Assembly: GCF_014280195.1 (NCBI RefSeq)
Contig: NZ_CP047960.1
Coordinates: 2,250,001-2,282,000 of the forward strand
Reading direction: 5' to 3'
Length of the DNA stretch: 32,000 bases
From: Synechococcus sp. A15-24
Lineage (GTDB): Bacteria; Cyanobacteriota; Cyanobacteriia; PCC-6307; Cyanobiaceae
In this document: positions 26,252-32,000 of the stretch, piece by piece
Layout: each line of letters begins with the position of its first letter
Position numbering within the stretch: position 1 is the first letter of the stretch
The notes under the pieces: generated by a model
What the model was told of the DNA's origin: nothing
Databases searched by the model: none
Seen by the model: the letters and a program-made list of their open reading frames with translations, nothing else
Translations under genes and position numbers: made by a program

Positions 26252-27697
26252 GTGCCCACCCTGAGCGAACCGAAACGACGACGCCACCTGCTGGGGTCCA
26301 GCCGCAGCATCCAGCGGTTGCTCGAACGCCGCTGGCTGGTGGTGGTTCTGGCGCTGGCACTCACAGGCCTGGGGGCTGCCATCACTGGCCTGCTGTTCAC
26401 CGGAGGCATCAACCTGCTCAAGGATTGGCGCCTGGAGTTGCTCGATGACTTTCCCGCCTGGGTGGTGCTGCCAGCTCTGGGGGGATTCGGCGGTTTGCTG
26501 TCCGGCTGGCTGATCAGCAATCTGGCGCCCGCTGCCGGTGGCGCCGGCATCACCCACATCATGGGATTTCTGCGCCACAGGGCCGTTCCCATGGGGCTAC
26601 AGGTGGGCCTGGTGAAACTCGTGGCCGGAATCATCGCCATCGGCAGTGGCTTTCCCCTCGGCCCGGAGGGTCCAGCTGTGCAGATGGGTGGGTCCGTGGC
26701 CTGGCAGATGTCCCGCTGGCTGAAGGCACCCGCGGCCTTTCGCCGCATGATCGTTGCCGCGGGGGGTGGCGCTGGTATCGCCGCCGTGTTCAGTGCACCG
26801 ATTGGAGGTTTCATCTACGCGATCGAGGAGCTGCTGCACTCGGCCAGACCCGTGGTGCTGTTGCTGGTGCTGATCACCACGTTCTCCGCAGACACCTGGG
26901 CGGACGTGCTGGGCTTTCTCGGCCTCAACCCTGGGTCGTCCGGCCTCAGCGGCAGCAGTGGCTTCCAGCTGGAGCGCGCCTACACACCGCTGGTGAAATT
27001 CCTGCCCATCGATCTGCTGTATCTGATCGCACTGGGAGCCGTGATCGGGGTGCTGGCAGAGCTCTACACCCGCTATGTGCTGGCCATGCAGCGTCAGGGG
27101 AACCGCTGGTTCGGTGACCGATTAATCCTGCGCATGACCCTCAGCGGGGTGGTGATCGGCTGCGTCTATGCCGCCCTGCCCGACACCTTTCACAATCCAT
27201 CGGAGTTGAAGCACCTGATTGCCGCTGGAAAAGCGGACGTCGGCCTCGCCCTCGCCAGCTTCGTGGTTCTGTTCTTCAGCACCGGACTGGCCGCCGGCTC
27301 AGGGGCCCCCGGGGGGTTGTTCATGCCGATGCTGACCCTGGGCGGTGCCATTGGCCTGGCCTGTGGCATCGGGGTGGAAGCCCTCACAGGCCACGTCCCC
27401 ACCACCTATGTGTTTGCAGGCATGGGGGCCTTCGTGGCGGGGTGTTCCCACACGCCGATCTCCGCCATGTTCCTGGCGTTTGCCCTCACCAAGGACCTGC
27501 TGATTCTCAAGCCAATCCTCGTGGCCTCTCTGATGAGCTTCCTGGTGGCCAGGTTGTTCAACCCCAACTCCATCTACGACCGTCAGATGGGGATGGAGCT
27601 GGCGTCTGAAGAACGGATGCAGCAGCGGATCAACCGTCATCGCCGTCCGTTCACCCCGCCACCACCACCCTCCGGGCCCTCAGGAGACACCAACTGA
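26252..27697 (+). CDS. ClC-family voltage-gated chloride channel / H+-Cl- antiporter
   Basis: Selectivity-filter motifs GSGFPLGPEGP, GGLFMPML (GxFxP) and FSAPIGG. The protein is polytopic. Confidence 0.9.
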   Translation: MPTLSEPKRRRHLLGSSRSIQRLLERRWLVVVLALALTGLGAAITGLLFTGGINLLKDWRLELLDDFPAWVVLPALGGFGGLLSGWLISNLAPAAGGAGITHIMGFLRHRAVPMGLQVGLVKLVAGIIAIGSGFPLGPEGPAVQMGGSVAWQMSRWLKAPAAFRRMIVAAGGGAGIAAVFSAPIGGFIYAIEELLHSARPVVLLLVLITTFSADTWADVLGFLGLNPGSSGLSGSSGFQLERAYTPLVKFLPIDLLYLIALGAVIGVLAELYTRYVLAMQRQGNRWFGDRLILRMTLSGVVIGCVYAALPDTFHNPSELKHLIAAGKADVGLALASFVVLFFSTGLAAGSGAPGGLFMPMLTLGGAIGLACGIGVEALTGHVPTTYVFAGMGAFVAGCSHTPISAMFLAFALTKDLLILKPILVASLMSFLVARLFNPNSIYDRQMGMELASEERMQQRINRHRRPFTPPPPPSGPSGDTN

Positions 27698-27753
27698 ATC
27701 AGGAAACCCTGCTGTTCGATCCGGCCACACCGGAACCCGATGCCCTCAAGGCC

Positions 27754-29331
27754 GTGCTGGCGTTTCCCAGCACCTATTCGGTGGGGATTACCAGCCTCGG
27801 GTATCAGATCGTCTGGGCGACCTTGGCGCGTCGCAGCGATGTCGACGTGCGGCGACTATTCACCGATCAGAGTGATCCTCTGCCGCGCCACTGCGATCTG
27901 TTCGGGCTGTCCCTGAGCTGGGAGCTGGATGGTCCAGTGTTGCCTGAGCTGCTGCAGAACCAGCGCATTCCCATCTGGGCTGTGGAGCGTCGCGATCAGG
28001 ACCCGATCGTCTTCGGTGGCGGTCCTGTGCTGACCGCCAACCCTGAACCGCTGGCCCCCTTCTTTGATGCGGTGCTGCTCGGAGATGGGGAGCTGCTGCT
28101 GCCCGCCTTCATTGATGCTCTCCAGCAATGCCGAGGGGCTGACCGTCAGGCACGGTTGCGACACCTCGCTCAGGTGCCAGGGGTATACGTGCCCGCGCTC
28201 TATGCCCCTCAATACGACAGCGACGGCCAGCTGCAAGGGGTGAAACCGATTCAGCCTGGGCTGCCGCACACGATTGAAAAACAGACCTGGCGCGGCAACA
28301 CCCTCAGCCACTCCACGGTGGTGACACCGGAGGCCGCCTGGCCAGACATCCACATGGTGGAAGTGGTGCGGAGTTGTCCCGAACTGTGCCGCTTCTGCCT
28401 GGCCAGTTACCTCACCCTCCCCTTCCGCACACCATCCCTGGACGATGGTCTGATCCCGGCGGTGGAAAAGGGTCTGACCGCCACCCAACGGCTTGGGCTG
28501 CTGGGTGCTTCGGTCACCCAGCACCCCCAGTTCTCCGATCTGCTGCATTGGTTGGATCAGGACCGCTTCGACGGCACGCGCATCAGCGTGAGTTCCGTGC
28601 GAGCCGCCACGGTCACCCCTGACCTGGGACGGATCCTGGCAAAACGGGGCAGTCGGTCGCTCACGATTGCCATCGAAAGCGGCAGCGAACGCATGCGGGA
28701 GGTGGTCAACAAAAAGCTCTCCACCGAAGCGATCCATGCCGCTGCCCAGCACGCCAAGCAAGGCGGGCTGTCAGGCCTGAAGCTCTACGGCATGGTCGGT
28801 CTGCCGACCGAGAGCGATGACGATGTGGACGCCACCGCCGATCTGCTGCTGACCCTGAAAAAAGGCACCCCTGGGCTGCGTTTCACCCTTGGCGTCAGCA
28901 CCTTCGTGCCCAAGGCCCAGACCCCCTTCCAATGGCAAGGGGTGCGGCCGGAAGCGGACAAACGCTTGAAACGGCTGGCGAAGAAAGTCAAACCCAAGGG
29001 CATTGAGTTCCGCCCGGAGAGCTACGGCTGGAGCGTGATCCAGGCCCTGCTGTCCCGCAGCGACCGACGCCTGGCCCCGGTGATCGCCGCCGTCGGCGAC
29101 GCCCGCGAGAGCATCGGCGGATGGAAAAAGGCCTATCGAGCTGCCCTTAACGACGAGCTGGATTCCATCCCTGGCGACCCGCTGCCGGCCCCACCCCCCT
29201 GGGATGAGGTGGTTCATGGGACCTGGGAGCCCACCCGCGTTTTGCCCTGGACCCACCTCAGGGGTCCGCTTGCTCCGGAGAAACTGCTGGAGCATCACGA
29301 TCAGGCCCTGGTTCCTGGCACTGACGGCTGA
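27754..29331 (+). CDS. B12-binding-domain radical SAM protein
   Basis: CPELCRFC (CxxxCxxC) at VEVVRSCPELCRFCLASY. Track coordinates are given. The reading frame stays open and protein-like back to CTG 27694 (see findings). Confidence 0.85.
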   Translation: MLAFPSTYSVGITSLGYQIVWATLARRSDVDVRRLFTDQSDPLPRHCDLFGLSLSWELDGPVLPELLQNQRIPIWAVERRDQDPIVFGGGPVLTANPEPLAPFFDAVLLGDGELLLPAFIDALQQCRGADRQARLRHLAQVPGVYVPALYAPQYDSDGQLQGVKPIQPGLPHTIEKQTWRGNTLSHSTVVTPEAAWPDIHMVEVVRSCPELCRFCLASYLTLPFRTPSLDDGLIPAVEKGLTATQRLGLLGASVTQHPQFSDLLHWLDQDRFDGTRISVSSVRAATVTPDLGRILAKRGSRSLTIAIESGSERMREVVNKKLSTEAIHAAAQHAKQGGLSGLKLYGMVGLPTESDDDVDATADLLLTLKKGTPGLRFTLGVSTFVPKAQTPFQWQGVRPEADKRLKRLAKKVKPKGIEFRPESYGWSVIQALLSRSDRRLAPVIAAVGDARESIGGWKKAYRAALNDELDSIPGDPLPAPPPWDEVVHGTWEPTRVLPWTHLRGPLAPEKLLEHHDQALVPGTDG

Positions 29332-30532
29332 AGGCACAAAGCCCGGCGAGCAGGGTCCAGCCAAGGATGTTGAGACGGCTGTCAAACAGCGGCAGATCGG
29401 TGGCGTGCATCACCACCATCACCAACGTGGCGGCCCACCAGGCCCGCTCCAGTGGAGCCTTCTGCAGCATTCCGCGTTGGGCGGCCAGCACCAGCAGGAA
29501 CAGCACTGTGCCGACGATCAACAGCATCGCCGGCACTCCATGACTGACGGCCAGCTCCAGTGGCAAGTTATGGACATGGCCATGCCAGCGCTTGGCAGCA
29601 TGGATGGGATACAGAACGCTGAAAGCAGCAGCACCCCAGCCGAACCAAGGGCGGGCCGTCACCAACTGCAGGGCGTACTGCCACTGACCCAAACGCGTGT
29701 GTTTCCAGGCGGTTTCCCCCTGGCTTTCCAGCACCCGCACCAGCACCTGATCTGGCAGCAGGCGCATCCCCCACTGCTGCAGACCGGCGGGAACCCCCGG
29801 CAGGACAGCAAGCAGGAGGGGTGAGGCGAGGAGCAGCAGCAACGGCAGCAACCACATCCACTGGCAAGGCCCGAACACGAACGGCAGCACCAGCACCAAT
29901 CCACCCATGGCATTGCGCGACTGGGTGAGCAGCACTGCCAGCGCGGTGGCCATGGACAGCAACAGAGCGCCCCCGCGTCGTCGCCAGCCATCGGGGCGAA
30001 GCACGGCAGCCAGCATCAACGGCCAGACCACTGCGAGCCAGGCGCCGGTGATGTTGGCGTAATCGAACAGACCGGACAGACGACCGATCGGGCGGCCATC
30101 GGGATGCAGAAACCAGATGATCGCTCCGCCCCCCACCTGCCAAGGGCCCTGCCAACCCAGGAGCATCTGACCGAATCCCGTCACCAGAACAGGCAGCGTG
30201 CCCGCCAGCAACATCCACACCGCCTGGCGGCGTTGGCTGGCCTTCGCGAGGTGAGGTTGAAAGGCCCAGAACGCCCAGACAAAAGGCAACCAGTTGGCCA
30301 GACCTGCCCAAGCCAGGCCAACGTTCTCGGCCAGACAGGCCCCGATCAGCATCAGCAGCCCAGCCAGCAGCAGCGGCTGGCACCAACGATCCCGCCACAG
30401 CGGTTGCTCCCGACCACGACTTCCGCTGACGCAGGCGATCAACAGGCCAACTCCCGCCAACAGAGCGCTGGAGGGCAGAAAGAACAACCCAAGCCGAAAC
30501 GCCTGGCCCCCGATGCGCCGATCCCTGATCAC
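29258..30532 (-). CDS. O-antigen ligase (Wzy_C) domain / IctB-like polytopic membrane protein
   Basis: 424 aa with about 10 or more hydrophobic helices and a periplasmic-loop region resembling Wzy_C/IctB-type proteins. The GTG start overlaps the purU stop (GTGA). Confidence 0.6.
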   Translation of the reverse strand: MIRDRRIGGQAFRLGLFFLPSSALLAGVGLLIACVSGSRGREQPLWRDRWCQPLLLAGLLMLIGACLAENVGLAWAGLANWLPFVWAFWAFQPHLAKASQRRQAVWMLLAGTLPVLVTGFGQMLLGWQGPWQVGGGAIIWFLHPDGRPIGRLSGLFDYANITGAWLAVVWPLMLAAVLRPDGWRRRGGALLLSMATALAVLLTQSRNAMGGLVLVLPFVFGPCQWMWLLPLLLLLASPLLLAVLPGVPAGLQQWGMRLLPDQVLVRVLESQGETAWKHTRLGQWQYALQLVTARPWFGWGAAAFSVLYPIHAAKRWHGHVHNLPLELAVSHGVPAMLLIVGTVLFLLVLAAQRGMLQKAPLERAWWAATLVMVVMHATDLPLFDSRLNILGWTLLAGLCAFSRQCQEPGPDRDAPAVSPEQADP

Positions 30533-31383
30533 GCGAACACAGCCGTACGGCCCCGATAGACCATTACCTGACGGTGAAGATGCATCCGCAAAGCCCGCGC
30601 CAGTGCCAGCCGTTCGGTGTCGCGTCCCTTGCGGATGAGGTCATCGACATCATCACGGTGACTCACGGGCACGGTGGTCTGCTCGATGATCGGCCCGTCG
30701 TCGAGGTCCTCGGTCACATAGTGAGCGGTGGCACCAATCAACTTGACCCCCCGCTCCCAGGCTCGGTGATAGGGCTGCGCGCCCTTGAAGGCCGGCAAAA
30801 AGGAGTGGTGGATGTTGATCACATCCGGGAAACGCTGCAGAAAATCACCACTGAGCACCTGCATGTACTTGGCGAGCACCGCGAGTTCGATCCGGTTCTC
30901 TGCCAACAGCTCCAGCATCCTCTGCTCAGCCTCCGGTTTGGTCGCCTTGGCGACTGGAACACAGACAAAACGAACCCCGAACCCGGCACAAAGGGGCTCG
31001 AGATCCGGGTGGTTGGCGATGACCAGCGGCACCTGCATCGGCAATTCACCGCTCTGCACCCGCCACAGCAGATCCTGAAGGCAGTGGGCCTGCTTGCTGG
31101 CGAAGATCGCCACCCGAGGCATTGCATCGGAAAAGTGCAGCTGAGCCTGACCGTTCAGACGCTGCTCCAATGCTGCAGCTGCCTCGGGCAAGGCAGCCCG
31201 CGACAGACCGAAGCCATCGAGATCCCACTCGATCCGACTGAGAAACAACCCTGCCCCCGCATCGGTGTGGTGGTCGGCGTGGCGGATGTTGCCGCCGTTG
31301 GCTGCCACCCAACCTGCCAGCTCACTGACCAACCCCGGACGATCCGGGCAGATCATTTGCAGGATCACCGTGACGTCACGCAC
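30529..31383 (-). CDS. purU: formyltetrahydrofolate deformylase
   Basis: I place the start at GTG 31383, giving (M)VRDVTVILQMICPDRPGLVSELAGWVAANGGNI (ACT domain). The formyltransferase core follows: INIHHSFLPAFKGAQPYHRAWERGVKLIGATAHYV. That makes 284 aa. The track's extra 150 N-terminal codons run antisense through psbQ. Confidence 0.9.
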   Translation of the reverse strand: MRDVTVILQMICPDRPGLVSELAGWVAANGGNIRHADHHTDAGAGLFLSRIEWDLDGFGLSRAALPEAAAALEQRLNGQAQLHFSDAMPRVAIFASKQAHCLQDLLWRVQSGELPMQVPLVIANHPDLEPLCAGFGVRFVCVPVAKATKPEAEQRMLELLAENRIELAVLAKYMQVLSGDFLQRFPDVINIHHSFLPAFKGAQPYHRAWERGVKLIGATAHYVTEDLDDGPIIEQTTVPVSHRDDVDDLIRKGRDTERLALARALRMHLHRQVMVYRGRTAVFA

Positions 31384-31455
31384 GACGAAGGTTTGAAAAA
31401 CAAATTCTCCCGCGCAGAACTGGCTGGTTAAAGTCCACGGGATTTTTTCCTGACC

Positions 31456-31905
31456 ATGCTGAAGGCCCTGCGCCGCCTTGCCGCGATCTGCCTCTGCGTC
31501 GCGTTGAGCCTGGGTCTGATGGCCCCGGCTGCTGTCAATGCTGCTGGCATCAACCCAGATGACCTGGCGGTGATCCGCCGCCAGGCCGCCGCGTTTGAAG
31601 CCACCAAGTCCCGTCTGCCTGACCTGGCACGGCTGGTGAGCGCTGAGGATTGGGTCTTCACCCGCAACCTTCTGCATGGTCCGATGCAGGAAGTGGGTCG
31701 TGAAATGTCGTACATCAACCAGCGCCTGGATCGCTCTGAGCGCAAAGATGCCGACAAGATCGCCCGCAAATTGAAGGAAGCCCTTGCAGACCTGGATGAA
31801 GCGGCCCGCCTGCAGGACGGCTCCCGTCTGCAACGGTCCTACAGCAACCTGGCGGCCAGCTTCGACGCTTACTCCGACGTGATCCCTGCTGAGGCCTTCA
31901 GCTGA
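31456..31905 (+). CDS. psbQ: photosystem II extrinsic protein CyanoQ (PsbQ-like)
   Basis: A signal peptide is followed by LVSAEDWVFTRNLLHGPMQEVGREM...ADKIARKLKEALADLDEAARLQDG...YSNLAASFDAYSDVIP. This aligns well with Synechocystis CyanoQ as I recall it from memory. Confidence 0.8.
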   Translation: MLKALRRLAAICLCVALSLGLMAPAAVNAAGINPDDLAVIRRQAAAFEATKSRLPDLARLVSAEDWVFTRNLLHGPMQEVGREMSYINQRLDRSERKDADKIARKLKEALADLDEAARLQDGSRLQRSYSNLAASFDAYSDVIPAEAFS

Positions 31906-32000
31906 ACCATCCGATTGCCGTTGTCGGTGCCGGGGCCCTTGGCCTTGGTACCGCCTGGCACCTGAGCGGCCTTGGCCATCCGGTGACGGTCTTTGATCCT
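31902..32000 (+). CDS. 5' end of an FAD-dependent oxidoreductase (ThiO/DAO-like), partial
   Basis: The frame reads (L)NHPIAVVGAGALGLGTAWHLSGLGHPVTVFDP, a classic GxGxxG Rossmann N-terminus. No ATG/GTG/TTG lies between the in-frame stop at 31890 and the motif. Confidence 0.55.
   Translation, partial: MNHPIAVVGAGALGLGTAWHLSGLGHPVTVFDP

Noticed and set aside
15177-31431. Many long ORFs antisense to, or out of frame with, the called genes in the GC-rich half. Examples: 15177-16151, 16818-17339, 17994-18539, 20460-21347, 24204-25118, 25236-25769, 26245-26814, 27856-28761, 28771-29385, 29568-30398, 30574-31431.
   Set aside because: High-GC DNA is poor in stop codons, so shadow ORFs are expected. 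Their translations are Arg/Gly/Pro/Ala-rich with no motifs. The overlapping called genes all carry clear family signatures and GC3-rich codon usage.
31384-31833. The 150-codon N-terminal extension of the purU ORF in the track (434 aa in total).
   Set aside because: PurU-family similarity starts at the ACT domain right after GTG 31383, giving 284 aa. The extension runs antisense through the well-supported psbQ/cyanoQ gene and has shadow-ORF composition.
1-32000. I looked for tRNA or rRNA genes, CRISPR arrays, IS elements with inverted repeats, integrases or recombinases, toxin-antitoxin pairs and recognisable defence genes.
   Set aside because: None was found by eye. There are no regularly spaced repeats, no transposase- or integrase-like translations in the ORF track, and no cloverleaf-like sequence with a GTTCRAnTC T-loop in the intergenic regions. 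A dedicated tRNAscan, Infernal or ISfinder run could still find something I missed.

Overview
The window looks like a picocyanobacterial chromosome segment (marine Synechococcus/Cyanobium-like, judged from cyanoQ/psbQ, a group-2 sigma factor, phytol kinase, acnB and ppk). It has two sharply different compositions.

**GC-rich part.** Positions ~15,000-32,000 and the first ~130 nt are GC-rich. My hand counts on sampled 60-nt lines give 60-73% GC, with about 80% G/C at third codon positions. This part carries ordinary housekeeping genes: a TrpD-like phosphoribosyltransferase, GNAT, MFS, ppk, a sigma factor, a phytol-kinase-like protein, DAHP synthase, acnB, a ClC channel, a B12/radical-SAM protein, a Wzy_C/IctB-like membrane protein, purU, psbQ, and the start of an FAD oxidoreductase.

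**AT-rich block.** Positions ~131-15,000 form a ~14.8 kb AT-rich block (sampled lines 27-53% GC, mostly 30-45%). I could not find an integrase, transposase or tRNA in it. It carries:
- nirA and an alpha/beta-hydrolase.
- A znuA-znuC-znuB operon, divergent from an overlapping COG0523 GTPase / WD40 pair.
- Two small hypothetical ORFs.
- A cynA-cynB-cynD-type ABC importer behind a textbook NtcA-type promoter.
- A divergent tatA paralog.
- A ~670-nt ORF-poor spacer with a second, orphan NtcA box.
- A HEAT-repeat protein.
- A compositionally mosaic cynS.

**Most interesting candidate.** The tatA / cynA / cynBD / cynS module stands out. Its substrate-binding protein has a consensus twin-arginine motif about 157 residues into the ORF. 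That motif is preceded by a stop-free ~134-codon extension of unknown function, and the gene sits next to its own atypical TatA.

All family assignments come from motifs I recognise by eye; no database search was possible. An assembly chimera remains an alternative explanation for the compositional block.
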